This document shows positions 1-14,051 of a DNA stretch of 64,000 bases, in pieces. Within the stretch, counting starts at the first letter, position 1. The number at the start of each line of letters is the position of its first letter. The position numbers and the translations under genes were made by a program. The stretch is from Botryllus schlosseri (lineage: Eukaryota): contig CM119372.1 in the NCBI GenBank assembly GCA_051294905.1, positions 18,602,001-18,666,000 of the forward strand, in the 5' to 3' direction. The notes beneath the pieces were generated by a model. The model made no database searches. It had not been told where the DNA came from and saw only the letters and a list, made by a program, of their open reading frames with translations.

Positions 1-166
1 TCGGGAACGTCTTTCAACCTCTCTCGCAGTCGCAGTCGCTCTCATTCTCATGCCTCACGATCGTGGTCGTTGCTGCCAACTTGTAGCTCGGCTCACCTAC
101 GTGTGGGCTTTCCAATGCATTGAGGTCGCAGTGAGATCGACGACGAGGAAATTGGCGGGTATTGAC

Positions 167-758
167 CAGGGTTGTAACCAAGTCACTAGGCTCCGAGTCA
201 CAAATCAATCTCACTTTTATAGTTTTGATTCGAGTCAATTCGAGTCATTTTCAATTCACCACCGAGTCAAATCCGAGTCCAAGTCAGCGATCAGATGGGT
301 CAAGTACAAGTCATGGTATTATGACCCAGGTCCAAGTCATTGTGTTGACTGCTCAGTTTCCAGTTAAAGTCTTGCTAAACCCACTTTTTATAAATCTGTT
401 TAGTGATATTGAATGTTTCGCATTTACAATATACTAATTTTTAGCACTTCTAGCAGTTTATGGTGGCATTCTCAAGTGTCAGTACCAATAGACGAAATCC
501 CGATAGTGTGGCTACTTCACTATTCTTCGAAATTACAATGAAATGTCGGTATTGGTTGCAGGAGTCTCGAGTCATATAACTTGGTTCGAGTCATGCGCGA
601 TGACTCGAGTCGAAGTCGAGTCAATTCACAGATAGACTCGACTCGAGTCGAGTCAATTCCGTATTTTGAGAATATGACTCGCGTCAAGTCGAGTCGTCAG
701 AAAATCGTGACTCAAGTCGGACTCGAGTCGAGTCATGACTCGAGTCATTACAACCCTG
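167..758. mobile_element. hAT-type MITE, family G (TIR CAGGGTTGTAA, GACTCGAGTC subterminal repeats)
   Basis: TIRs at both ends; exact 8-bp TSD GTATTGAC. Confidence 0.9.
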
Positions 759-801
759 GTATTGACCGATCGATATGATGGCGGACTTTATGGGATAGAT
801 T

Positions 802-1224
802 AAGGGTTTCATTCAAAACAAATGGATGTTTAAAACACTTTGATTAAAACAGTGTTTTAAACAAAGGCCTTTTAAAAAAAATTGTGTATTTTTTAAGTTG
901 TAAAATCATGCCATAATTGTGTAAATACTTTCCAAAAATATGTCGTATGAGCCTACGGACAATTACCACCCGATATAGCCGACGTATATACGATATGGGA
1001 TGGTTGGAACCCTCAAAATAGTCGATTCAACAGCTATAGTACGTAGATATTTCGTCAAAGGAGCAATATTTAACCTATATTTTCAATTTTCAATTATCAA
1101 TGTCAATCCACTATGCCGTCACAATTGAATATTCGTGACGCCAATGCTTCAAAAATGTTTTACACAAGGGTCTTGTTTTAGACATGTTTGTTTTAAATTG
1201 ATTTTTGTTTCAAATGCAACCCTA
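802..1224. mobile_element. Degenerate hAT-type MITE (TIR ~TAGGGTTGCATT)
   Basis: Imperfect TIRs; flanks GATAGATT / GATAGAAC. Confidence 0.5.
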
Positions 1225-2416
1225 GATAGAACCCTCTGTCAGAATACGGTCACAATGCGCGGAAACCGGTGGCGAGTATAGTGTAGTGTTACGTCCCACC
1301 GCTTCAACACCAATAGTAAACGGAGGACTTCAGAATCTCTTCTCAAGTGTTGGGGGTTTATCTAGGCTCCTCCTTGCCATCCAATCCGCATAAGCGGTGT
1401 CATACTAAAAGACTAGAACGAAATTGGGCCGTGCTATCAGTAAAGGCATCTCGGGAATCATAATTAGGAATATCGGCCTGTTTTTTTTTCATTGTTTTTG
1501 TTTTTAGTATTCGTGGTGATTCGGTTACTGTGGTTATAAACAGTAGGCCGATATGTTCCTTATTATTTCTCTCGAGACGTGGAAACGGGGGGCATCGTCA
1601 CGACAATAATTCGTACTTGTTCTAGTCTCGACTCTGTGTCAACTTTCTAGAACCGAGTCGTGAGTCGCAGTCAGACTCGCGAATTTTAATGGTATCAGAT
1701 GAGTCTGAGTCGCAATGTATAATACATACAGAGTCCTGAATCGCAGTGATAGTCGCGATTTGAAACCTTGCGAGAGTCAACAGTGGGGGCTACACGCTCC
1801 TTCTGTGAACACAGCCCACTGCTGGCATGGTCTATTATTTAGTAGGGCCTCTCTACGACGTTCGCGATTTCGAAATTGAAAGACAAAATAATAAGTAATA
1901 CCCTTTGAAAAATATGACGTCACTACTCTAGTCAGTGTAATTGTCCATGTTGTATTTTGCATATATCGTTTTTACCTGAGCTTTCGAAGAAGTGAAGAAA
2001 CTGATAAAGCACCGACCACGCATCCCCAGACAAGAGCCGATTGAGCCAGAGTGAGATACAACATCGTGTTCGATTCTGACGGCAGTGAACCATATCGGCT
2101 CTGTAACAATAATTTAGAACTTGGGTTTCACTCCGTCCATATATCCACCACAATAAATTAATATTCACCTGATGGCTTTCGATTATGAAGGATTCAATAG
2201 CAGGAGCAGCTGAGTTTAAAGAGAGCAGGCTTAAACCTTGTATGAACGCTGTCGGTAGCTGGGTAATGAGGAGCACGAAAATACAATATCGTGAGTTCCC
2301 CATGAAATTTATAATCACTGTTGGTTAAATTGTATATTAAATGAACACACAGATTGCATAGCACACTTGAACAGGTTTCTCATTCCACAAACGACTAGCA
2401 TATGTTGCTGCTATAA

Positions 2417-2778
2417 TGGGCTTACCATATTTTGGAAATCTAAAAAGAGAGCACTTTTTCAGAAATTTGAGACTTGCAAAACCGGAGAAGAATTCTTACC
2501 GCTCATAGAGCTCAAAATACCGCTTTTCTCTACACATTGCTAGGTGGATGACTAAAAAAAAGTCATCTTTTCGCTCAGAGCTAAAATCCCCGTTTTTCAC
2601 TCCGAAATACCCGCCGGAGCGTAACTTCTGTTCTACTTTACGGCATATCACTCGCAATTTGCTCTAAATCTGACCTAAATTTTCAAAAAATAGGACAAAA
2701 TCTCAAAAAAGAGGACAAAAGAGCGTCCTCCAAGGACACTTTCAAAAAAGTCAAAAAAGAGGACGTATGGTAACCCTA
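2417..2778. mobile_element. hAT (Blackjack-like) MITE, family L (TIR TAGGGTTACCATA)
   Basis: TIRs; TSD TGCTATAA; several other copies in the window. Confidence 0.88.
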
Positions 2779-4953
2779 TGCTATAAATAATAAGACAAGC
2801 GCCTTTTGAGAGTCGGTAATGTGCGGCAAGCAAGGCATTGTCCTATTGGGTTGGTTATGGTGCCAAGTGAGCAAGTTTAGACGAATATTAATTGCTAGCT
2901 CTTCAAGTAACCGATTTATCGGTTCACCGATATCTCGAGTGGATAATAAGCCTCAGTAATTATCAACATTGGCCGACCGTCGGCGATCGTTGGTATTATC
3001 GCCAATAGTAGATATCGCCATATCTTATGTAGATCGACTATATGAATAAATGAATTTAATTGTTTTCCTGGAATTCAGTTGCAACCTCTGCGAATCGCAT
3101 GACCAAGTTGCGGTTGGAATGTAGAGCTCGACTACAGCATATGCGGTATTCATGATTTCATGGGAGACTGAATGCTAACAGCGTCCGTTACGGTTAGATG
3201 ACTTATAGGTATTAGGCAATCGATTCCAGAGTTTGGTAACAGCTCGAATGGAAGATATGGTATCGGATAAATAACGTGATAGTAGTTGCGTTTCAAATTC
3301 CGGGCTTCTAAAATCACAAGGTTCACTCAGGACCGACGATAAGTCATTACGGGCGTACTGATGAAAGTATGACTGCACGTGGCGTTTTGGTGACACGAAT
3401 GCGACAGCGTGTATCCGCATTGCGATAATGTAATCTAACTCGCGCGCATTGACGGGAAGTCATTAGTGGCAATCGTGTTGTTGTCAAGTAATTTTCAGTT
3501 AAGTAGATTAGAGCTTGCGGATCGCGAAGGTTTCAACCGACCAACTGGGCCGAGGTGGATGCCAGTTTACATCGGGCCAGTTACATCGGGCACTCTAGGC
3601 CGAGGTGGATGTCAGTCTAAAAAGGAACGCAACTGATCGTTCGGCATCCTCATATCTGTTCATTATACATCGCATTGTGTCTTATCGCATTGTACAGTTT
3701 GTCTGTCTTATTCAGATGAAAATATAATCTGGCGATTATTATTATTATTATCACACACACGATAATAAATAAATGGATATTTTGTTCGGAAATGTTATAA
3801 AGGATCACTATTCTATGCAGGAGATGAGGCTCTCCCCGTACATCAAACAACACAATAATTCAAAGGGATGACTATAGTAACCCTATTATATAACTTAGGG
3901 TAATTCTCATATTCATGACATGACAATTAATCGCGATTCATCGGCGCCAAATGAATTGGTGCACTAATGCCAGTGGTGTCTATGTATTTGTACTCGCATC
4001 CATACCGGATAACGAGTGTGGAAATCTTATATTCGAAATTCGTAATATGTTATCGGTATATGGCTATATGCTCGCCCCAACTTTTTATGAATTGTGGAAA
4101 AGGTGGCTAGCCGCTATTGGCTGACACACCAGTTGTCGAACCGCAACTTTATGTGGAGCTTCTTCGAAAAGAGACAACTGTCTGTCATTGACAGCATGTA
4201 ACTCCTTCCCCGGATAACTTCCTTCATCATCATTTATTAAAAAAAATTTCTAATCAATACACCACAATTGTGATAAAATGAAAAGATATGAGTGTGCTGA
4301 AACGACTAGGAGTAGTCTTTTAATCAGACACTCACCTTGGCCTACATCATGTAAATAAGAAGACATATACACTGGATAAAAGAAAGGATAACAAAATAGT
4401 AATCGTAAATGAATGCTGCAGTGTTGCATGTGTCATACACCCACAAAGCCTGATGCTCAATAAACTGAACTGAATAATAGTCGTGTTTTCTAGAAAAATT
4501 ACAAACTGACTAACCTATATTTTTGCTCGGTTATTTTATAAACTTTCATTGTGAAATACCCAGCTCATATAACCGTCCTATTTCCGATTTGGCGTGATTA
4601 GCGCTACGCATAATTCGCGTGCACGGTAGCGTTACGGTATGAAGGAATGAAATTGCGTAGTCATTGTACTATGTTATTATGCAACCGATTAAAACAATAG
4701 TGCAGGGAGGATATGAGTTGGATTGTACGGCATCAAAATATATGTAATATGTGACTCTTTCTGGGAATGACGTCGGCTAATTTAGGCTATGGCTGTCAGT
4801 TTCAAGTTACCAAATACATTCTGTTTAGTGCCGTAGGATTTCAATTTTCAAAACTACTAGCACAATAGAGTCACAGATGAGTGCACATCTGAGTTGCTGA
4901 GAGTGCTGCTCACATTCAATGTAGGCGCCGTAAACACGGTATGAACCAGTGAC

Positions 4954-5898
4954 TAGGGATGGTGTGAACGCGAGGTTCACGTTCGTGTTCTGTGTGTGAA
5001 CCTCGGAAATTTAGAGGTTCGCGTTCACAACAGAACCTTGGTAGGTTCTGCACTGTGAACCTTTTGGTAAATTGTAATTTTCACTCCATTATAAGATCTC
5101 TGGCCCAAATTTATTGCATTTCAACTGCGGGCTACTCCATGCATGGTGCTGGCAGCATAAAAAATCAGCACTAAACGAGCATGCACCATGCACCTCGACA
5201 ACCTTAAAAGTTTTACTTGCTTTGTTGCAAAAATTTTCTCGGAATATCCAGCTTTCCGTTTGTGAATATTTAGTGACTCTCTGCTGTGAGCCTGACCCGC
5301 AATCGATATACGTAGTCAAGTCAGCGAATGATGCTTAGTCAACCAATCAATGACATTGATATCGTCTTCTGATGTAATAAATCCAGGGATATCCATGTAA
5401 TAAATCGAACGGTCGTACTGGGTCAATCTTGACTTCATATCTTTACTGTATCATTAAAACCAAATCCGTGCTATTAAGGTGCGTGCTACTGCTGCATAAC
5501 TTGTTGTTTGTGGTATCGGTAGCGAGTATAGAAACCCGTTAAGGCGTAAGCTTATATTCCTTAGTAAGTCCTCGTCGAAATTGTTGGCAAAGCGACGGAA
5601 TGTACTGATTTTATGCAATTATTATATCCTTTGATTACAGCGGTTGATACATTTAGCGACGTTTAAAACGCCGATATGTACTTCAGCATTGTGGCATTAT
5701 GTGGGCCGAATCTTCGCTAGGTATCATGTACATTAATATAGGGCATATTAGGCTATCGCTTCATTGAAAGAAAGGGTTGGAATTAGCAATATGACGTCAC
5801 GTGACGTCACGAGGTTCACGTTCGTGTTCACACAGAACCTTTCAAAAAGGTTCGCGTTCACACGAACCTGAACCTTCCAGAGGTTCACACCATCCCTA
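4954..5898. mobile_element. hAT-type MITE, family A (TIR TAGGGATGGTGTGAAC)
   Basis: TIRs; exact TSD CCAGTGAC; copies at 33222, 52559 and 61561. Confidence 0.92.
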
Positions 5899-5961
5899 CC
5901 AGTGACATGCGGTCAGGAGAGGCAAGTTAGGCAGTACCTCACCTCAGCAGCACCTCACCAG

Positions 5962-6180
5962 AGAGAAGGGGTATTCGTTTTCGCCTGCACCATCGAGATG
6001 CTTTTGAGGACGTAAGGTCATCTAGTCAGCACCCCCGTTTTTTTTTCTCCTCCATGCTATCCGTGGATGCTGAGCGCCTAGCAGGATAGCTGCGGATACC
6101 AGTTTTCGAGTCTTTGGTCTGACCCAGCCGGGGATCGTGATTACTAGTCTTCCGCCGTTCCATGGTCGCTGGCACGCCCA
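5962..6180 (-). mobile_element. tRNA-derived SINE copy (5' degenerate)
   Basis: Reverse complement of the SINE body at 38415 and 54332. Confidence 0.75.
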
Positions 6181-6339
6181 CTCTACAGTAGCTGCTTGCA
6201 AACGCATTTAGACAAATCTTAAGGACTTTCTTATGAGCTTATCGCAGGCTCATTGACGTTTTTTTTTATCAATAATCAATAGAATGACACATGGATACGC
6301 AGCATTTGTAAGATTTTCGAAATTATGACAACCCCAATC

Positions 6340-8383
6340 CAGGGTTGTAACCAAGTCACATGGTTCCGAGTCACGAGTCAATCATACTTTTGTGGTTTTG
6401 ACTCGAGTCGAGTCGAGTCATTTTCAATTCATCACAGACTCGAGTCCGAGTCCAAGTCACCGTTTAAAGGGTCAAGTCCGAGTCATGGTGTTATGACTCG
6501 AGTCGAGTCCAAGTCACAGTATTGAAGTCATGTTCAACTCATGTTTTCAATCCTGCTTGGGTAATATCGAATTCCTTGTTTGCGAAACATGCTCATTTTG
6601 TCCCTATCAGAGTCTTGCCACGTGTTTATTTAGGCAGATAACGGACAGGTCCTGGCCTCATTTACCGATGCTAAAGATAACTTTACTAATCTTAGAACTT
6701 AAAATCAAATATCTCTCTTGTCAGTCTGATACATCACCAATACAAGCATTCAGTTTTTATTATGAACACATCGACGATAGTTCACGAATAGCTGATAGAG
6801 AACCAACGAAATCACGTCTACATACTATCTGATAGAGAACCAACAAATTCACGTCAAGATATTAGTTGATAGAGAATCAATAGATGCATGTTTATGTAGG
6901 GGTATTTACAACAGGCCAGCATGCTGTAAAAGCGTGCATGCAACTATGTGCATTGTGCACTGTGCAGTGACAACAGAACAGATACCCTTTGATTATACTA
7001 AAGGTTTTCCCAATTGCATTACAGACTACATCGCAGATACAGCATTGGAGAAATAATTGTACAATGGGGCTGTTCAAAAACATTTTTTCAAATTTTTCGG
7101 CTACTTCTTAAAATTGCTAGATTGCCTAAAAAATCAAATTTGGCTCAATTCCAACGAGTAGAAAGCAATGCTATGAAAGAAAATTTTAGACTAATTACAA
7201 ATAGAGATTTTCGAATTTTACCGGCTATCTCATGATATTGTTACATTGTGTAAAAATATGATTCCTAGCAAATTTGACTCAATTCCAACTAGAAAAAGTG
7301 AAGTTATTAGAGTAGAATGTTTTGGATGTGAAAAATAGTCGGCTTACTACTATGTAATTATATTATATGAAATAATTTCTCACTAAAATACTCCATTTAT
7401 TTTCAAATCCAAAATATTCTCCTCTCACATCATTGATTCCACTTTTTTCAAATTAAGCCAGATTCAGTGTTCCTTTTATGCAACATCACAATTTTATCAA
7501 GTAACCACCCAGTAAAATAAAAAAGAAGTTATTTTAGAACAGCCATATTGTACAAACATCACACAACATTAGCCATTCATTATTACTCACGTGCACAATG
7601 CACATACCTAACAAAACGTCAAATGGACGAGGGGCATTGTGTGTTTTCACAGACAGCAGATCAAATTAATGAGTTACACCTCAAAAATACTAATCTAAAT
7701 ATGTTAAAGCGGCATGGCCGTAGAATGAATCCACATCTACTGAATACACGCTCCACTGGTGCACTAGATGCAGGAATTGACAAGCATTTTTGAAACACAC
7801 TGAGGAGCATTTAATACTCATTCTTTCTAGTCGCCCAAAAATGCAAAGAATCATCGCCTTCAAATCTACACATGAGCTTATCAGTCTCTTCACCATCTGA
7901 GTCATTTCATTGGCTCTAATTGAACTTTGATTCAATTGTTTGCTTGTATAATTGAAAAGTCTTGAGTACTTTAATTGCGGAGGATCTATTACCTCTTCAT
8001 CACGGGACGATTTTGTACAATGCATTGCTACTATATATCATTTTCTGTTGTTTTTACGGCGGCATATCTGATATCAGACAAGTGCAACGAAAGAAGTGGT
8101 GACAAATAGCGATGTCGGCAGAATTCGTCGGATGCGTTGATCTAGCCATTATGATTCTCAAATTTCTTCATCTTCAAGTCATATAAAATAAGCCGAGTCA
8201 ATGACTTGGGTCGAGTCATGCGTTATGACTCGAGTACAAGTCTAGTCAATCCAAATATTGACTCGAGTCGAGTCGAGTCATTTTCCCATTTCAAGAAAAT
8301 GACTCGAGTCAAGTCGAGTCATAAAAAAATCGTGACTCGAGTCTGACTCGAGTCGAGTCATGACTCGAGTCATTACAACCCTG
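6340..8383. mobile_element. Long family-G hAT deletion derivative retaining the transposase C-terminus
   Basis: TIR CAGGGTTGTAA; TSD CCCCAATC. The minus strand at ~7670-7880 encodes FW...LSIPASSAPVERVFSRCGFILRP (hAT dimerisation motif). Confidence 0.9.
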
Positions 8384-9184
8384 CCCCAATCTAGGGTTAC
8401 CATATTTTCGTGACCTAAATTCCGGACATTCTTTAGCGCATGCTTGCGGGCTTGAAATGAGGTATGAACACATGTGACGTCACACTAGCAATGCTTTGCC
8501 TATCGATTGAGTGCAGGAGTGGATTTTTTAACATAGATCGTGAATTAACTAGGCTATTGCGCCATCTCTATAACTTGAGCTCTGGTGATTGCTCAGATCG
8601 ATTTTCTCATTTGGTTTGCAAAAGACTTTTTCGTGGACCGGATGAAATTGTCTGAACTGCCGACCGTGTGCTTGACAGCCCTGTTATACTGCTAGGTCAG
8701 TACAGATACGTGATTGTGTGTTGTAGGGCCGAAACAACACTTTTAAGTCAACTCCCTCTAAAAAACACTGGTCTGGGGGGCATCATAGAGGGATCGATGC
8801 AGCGTCTGCTATATACGTCTGATTTCTATGTCCTGTCCGTCTTGTTAAATCTTTTGAATGAATTCTGTCTATAAAATTCGTTCTCCATATTTCCCTATAA
8901 AAGTTTTATCCTCTCTCAGCCCGCGTGAACAAGGTTAGCGACAGAGCTGGTGGGGGTGATGATTTCGAAAATACAAGGAATGTAATTATGCATCGGCCCA
9001 GGCCGTGTTATTTTTGGCATATGCCAAAACAGTTATTTTTGGCATTTTTCGATTTTTATTTTTGGCAGTTTTGGCATCGTCCTCTAAATAGATAGTTTCA
9101 GCCTCGAATTAGTCACAAAAACGGTTTATTTGGGCAAGTTTGTCAAAAGACACCACAACATGTGCAGCATCCACGTATAATCAG

Positions 9185-10127
9185 CAGTGTTGGGATCAAG
9201 TCACTACCTTCGAGTCACGAGTCATTTCGAGTCATTGCACATTTTGACTCGAGTCAAGTCAAGTCAATCGATTTTCGAAGGTGACTCGAGTCAAGTCAAG
9301 TCACTCGATTTTTGGAGGTGACTCGAGTCAAGTCGAGTCAAGTCAAGTCAAGTCACGAGTCAAGTCACTATTCAAGTCTTTTCGAAGTATGCTTACGTCA
9401 TTGCATTTTGCTAGTTGTCTGAAATACAGATTGAGCGGTAATTGATTCTAAACCTATGAACGAATATAAAGTTAAATATAAACGCAAGAAGGCGCTTTAT
9501 CGCTCATATATACGTAGAAATGCTAAAATATAAGTAAGTTATTGCATAGCCTCGGATTATAGTCACCAGTTAAAATAGAGAATAGAGAAACGAATCGATA
9601 AGATGCAATACATTACCCATTTACAAATTGATATGATACAATTCCAGCCTGCATTAATGGTTGAGGACTATATAAACTATATTGGAATTCAATTTCAATA
9701 ATACAAGGATTGATTAAGTAAAGAACGGAGAACAGAATAGACATTTTGCGATTAAATTACTTTATTGTACTAGTTTACGACCGCGTAAGCTGTAAGCTTA
9801 GATAAGTTCGTTTTGTTTGCGATCAATTTATATTGTGAGAGAACAATGGAGGCTCAGTAAAACGCACGATCACGATCATTGAATGATTGGTCGCTCTCAC
9901 GGGTTACACCAGCGTTTCGAGTACAATCCGAACATATACAAGATAAAATGATTTTTATCGACATCGATTGCTTGATGACTCGAAATTGACTCGGGAATTT
10001 TGCTCCGAGTCACGAGTCAATCCACATTTCTGATACGCCGAGTCAAGTCAAGTCAAGTCATTTTAGCAAAATGACTCGAGTCAAGTCAAGTCATACCAAA
10101 AAGGTGACTCGAGTCATCCCAACACTG
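9185..10127. mobile_element. hAT-type MITE, family J (TIR CAGTGTTGGGAT, CAAGT/GAGTC repeats)
   Basis: Exact TSD ATAATCAG. Confidence 0.92.
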
Positions 10128-10349
10128 ATAATCAGTGCCAACAAACAATAAGAAGAAAAAACCTAACGATTTCATAGGTTAATAATATTAAGCGAAACCA
10201 CAAAATGTGCAGTATCCATCGGAATCGGTGCCAATAAGCAAAAACAAGGAAAGAAAAGCCAAACAAACACGCTCAACAGCTGATTGTTACAGCTGTTGAA
10301 TAGACTTAACAGTGCTGTAACAGTGCTGTAACAGTGCTTCCAGCAGGGA

Positions 10350-10975
10350 TAGAGAGAGAGAGAGAGTCTATATTTTCATTGAACCAAAATACATAACAAA
10401 CGGCAGTGATGGTGGTACAGAAAATATGCGTGCACAGTATTCGGTATTAGATAGGAATGATCGATAAGACCGTGAGGGTCATCTAGTCTGATCACACCAG
10501 CATCAAACAGGTACACTTGACTCTGAACAGTCTGGCTGTAAAGAAATGTTTAGTTAAAGGAAAATAGAAAAAAAATTAAACAATGGTGGCAAATGATCAA
10601 TGAAGCAATGTCTGGGCGAGGTAGGGCAACAGTGTTAGTGTAACGACAAGAGGTGATCAAGTAGGGCTTTTTTGAATCTATTATAGGGCAATTCACGGAT
10701 ATGTGGTGGTAATGCATTCCAGATGATAGGTCCCGAGTAGTCGATAGATCTCTTAGTTAGGTTGCTATTGGGTGGGGTTAAGTAGATATTTCCTTTAGAC
10801 GAGGATCTCGTGTAATGGGAATGGACATGTTTAGCAGGTATGAAAAAGTCATCAAACACAGGAGGCAGACTATTGGAAAAATATTTGTGAACAACTTTTG
10901 ATACTTCGAGGCGATATAGTTCATCAACTCGCAAAATTCGATGCTTACGGTAGTAAGGCGATAAATTGGTATATC
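10350..10975 (-). mobile_element. 5'-truncated LINE (CR1/L2-group) 3' end
   Basis: ORF2 C-terminus HSHYTRSSS...KRSIDYSGPIIWNALP...FKKAL, followed by 3' UTR and (CT)n tail. Confidence 0.8.
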
Positions 10976-13059
10976 TAGATCTAGATATCTAGATATCTAG
11001 ATCTAGATATCCCTGGCTTCCTGACTCAGGTCAGCTAAGTTTCTCCTAAATTCGTTTCTCGCCCAGCGAATCTGGGAAATATCGGCGTCAACAGTAGTCG
11101 TTGAGGGAAAGAATGTTGCCAGTCATCCACAAAAGGTTTTCATAGCTTCAAAATCTTTGGAGGGCCGAACCGGCTTCCATGCAACATGAAAAGAGATCAC
11201 TTCGCCAGTGCCATCGATCTCATCGCGGAAACAATTTTCTTCCCGATCCTTTTCCAGGAGTTTCCTGTGTTGTCTCTCAACACATTTTATTTAGTAGCCC
11301 GACTATCATTTCTCCTTCAGTCTACCGATATATTTTGAGAGGACTTTTGTCACTTCAGGGGGCTTTATTATTATCAACTCGCATGGAAGAGTCCTGGGAA
11401 GGTTAGCTTGTTTAAGAACGTTGACGCAACAAGACTGTCTGGCATCTGCAGCTCATAAATAGCCAGACAGTTTGTTGCGTCACAATGTTCAACTCGATCA
11501 CAATGCAAAAATCGTGGTTGATTTTGGGGGTTCCATGAGCAGAATATAATTTATATTTTAATAATCAGTACTGCGGCAGCTTCTCATTGATACCCGTTTT
11601 ATCAAATTTAGCGCTCGACAAGCCGGTCAAAAATGGTCGTAAAATTGCCTTTGGACAATGGAAAGTATGACGTACACCAAATGCAGTCAGCCGTCCAATC
11701 TCGATGAGCCCACACCATTTAGGACACCATGCATTCACCCGTAATGGGTGAGCTGGACCCAGATTAAGAAACCTGCCTTTCACAAACGCTCTTCTCGCTT
11801 GTAACGCGGTCCTGTTAACACAATACCATGAATGAAATACACTATTTGGCAGGCCGTGTTATTTTTGGCATATGCCAAAAATTGCTTATTTTTGGCATTT
11901 TCAAATTTTTATTTTTGGCAGTTTTGGCATGAATGCCAAAAATAACACGGCCTGTGCATCGCTAAGTCAATTTCATATCACACAGATAAGATAAGATATC
12001 GGCCGAAATGCCGGAGTGCGCCAGCAGGTTGCACATACGGTGGTTTCCAACCGTTTACGGTCGCGACTACATTTCCAATTTGAAAATGTTCCGTTAGAGT
12101 TTGGTAAGCTGGTTACTAAAAAAACACCACTTTTGCCCAGACTTACTCACTGCCTATGCTGGAAGTTGATTAAGTTCAATATCACCGCGATGCCCAAACA
12201 AATGCATACGACCCATAGTTTAAAAACCACTATATTTTAGTAAAGCATCGAAAAGGCTTTACCGACACAAGGAATATACAGTTCTCTTACTATTGCGATT
12301 ACAATTAGTCTTATTACAGTAAATGACGGTTATTTTACTACTACTTTTGTTGTAGTTTTTGCGAGGACAGGGATAGACTACCTATATTAAAATCAATGTC
12401 TGTGACACTAAATCGCGCGCGGCGCCATGAAAAGTTTCAAGTTGCATGAATCTACCACAACATGAAATATTGTTTATGCTAATTTAAAGAAAAATTTTGA
12501 TCTCCCTTCAAGTCTTCAAAATTCCGGACATTTAAGCATACTTTAGCATTTCCTCCCGGACGCAGTTTTAAACAGTGCAATTCCGGACATGTCCGGGAAA
12601 TTCGGGACGTATGGCAACCCTACCCTAATGTCCATCAATTTGACGTTTTGCGACATGGGTGGGGCAAAACGCCACCATTGGCTTTTTACCCCGTTATACC
12701 CTACTAAATAACGAATACAGTTTTTTACTTCACATTGTCGGGTGGTTGACTAAAACAAAAATGTCAACTTTCCCCGCTCAGCTCCCGTAATACCCACCGG
12801 AGCGTCACTTCGGTACTGCTTCGCGGCATCTCAGTCGGATTTTGCTATTAATATGGCCAAAATTCTCACAAAAATGACAAAAGGGCGTCCTCCGAGGGCA
12901 CTTTCAAAAAAGTCAAAAAAGAGGGCAAATCCTCTTAAAAGAGGACGTATGATAACTCTACACAGTAACCGATAAATATTTAATCCCTGTACAGACCTAT
13001 ATGTGCTTCTCCGCCTCATCGCGATGTACCAGATCTTTGGAAAACAAATTTCATCCAGA

Positions 13060-13835
13060 AATACCAACTTAGTATCTTTATTATCCTATCGGACAGTCAA
13101 AGTGCCCTTACAGCCATTGTCACCGGCTCTACTAATAACAAACTAATATGTGATATTATTCAGTTGTGCGTGGATCTCGACAGAAAAGGAGTGGAGACAA
13201 ATTTGATATGGATCCCTGGCCTCATGGGAGTTGGACAAAATGAAACGGCTGACGAACTAGCAAGAGCGGCTGCTTCCACGGAACACGCAGATGACATTGG
13301 AGAACCGGTCGAACTGTCTGTTCCAAAAGTGAAAACGCTCATAGCATCCATATGCCGCGAGAAATGGATTGAAGACTTCAACTCGTCACATGACGGGTAG
13401 GCACATCTCAAAATACACGCACCCATCACAGAAATTCCTGCGCCGCTGAATTTCTCACGAAGGCACTCCTCGATTATCCTGAGGTTGAAATCGGGACATT
13501 GTCGGCTGAATTCACATTTTTATCGTATAAAGTGCCACGAAGATGGCCTGTGCCACACGTGCATGGCCGAAGAGACCGTCGAACACTTTCTGATTGTGTG
13601 CCCAGTATATGCTTCTCAGAGACAATATTTGAAGAGTGCGGCTAGACGGAACCATGTCGACATGACAGTACGGGCCCTATTATCCGGTCCATATACAATT
13701 CAGACTGTTATTGAATTCGTATTAGCCACCCGATTAATCTAATTTTTGCGATTATAATATTTTCGACGAGGTCTGGTGCACAAGATCTTAGTAGTTAAAC
13801 ACCATTAACCCCACATACATCAACAACAACCAACT
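13060..13835 (+). mobile_element. 5'-truncated LINE with RNase H and CCHC finger (I/Nimb-group-like), decayed
   Basis: WIPGLMGVGQNETADELARAA (RNase H); LKSGHCRLN...CHTC..EETVEHFLIVC; internal stop; (CAA)n tail. Confidence 0.85.
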
Positions 13836-14051
13836 TTATGATAAGTCAAAAAACAAAGTGGGAAGTTCTTAAAATGTATCTTGTTTATTCAGAGGGATAG
13901 CCTATATTCGCCAGCTGAATCGCAATTTTGATAGAAATGGCGTTCCCCGAGTAGACATCCTTGATGAACCCATAAACCGCTATACTCAATCCATATTTAC
14001 TGGACTTTAGGGTTAAGGGGCGTTTTACCCCACGGGTGGGGTAGGCGTTTT

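Larger units (their letters stand above)
8999..11954. mobile_element. MITE with TIR CAGGCCGTGTTATTTTTGGCA nested in family H
   Basis: TIRs at 8999 and 11954, extra TIR copy at 11849; TSD not clean. Confidence 0.6.
8392..12622. mobile_element. hAT (Blackjack-like) element, family H, expanded by nested insertions
   Basis: TIRs TAGGGTTACCATA / TATGGCAACCCTA; homologous to the compact copy at 25242-26364; flanks CCCCAATC / CCCTAATG. Confidence 0.75.

Noticed and set aside
1932..2318. 128-aa ORF and an AFEEVKKLI peptide on the opposite strand
   Set aside because: No recognisable domain or splice partners; similarity to retroelement pol is too short to support.
3175..3420. Possible LINE C-terminal remnant (TKLWNRLPN)
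   Set aside because: Only one short motif; too decayed to delimit.
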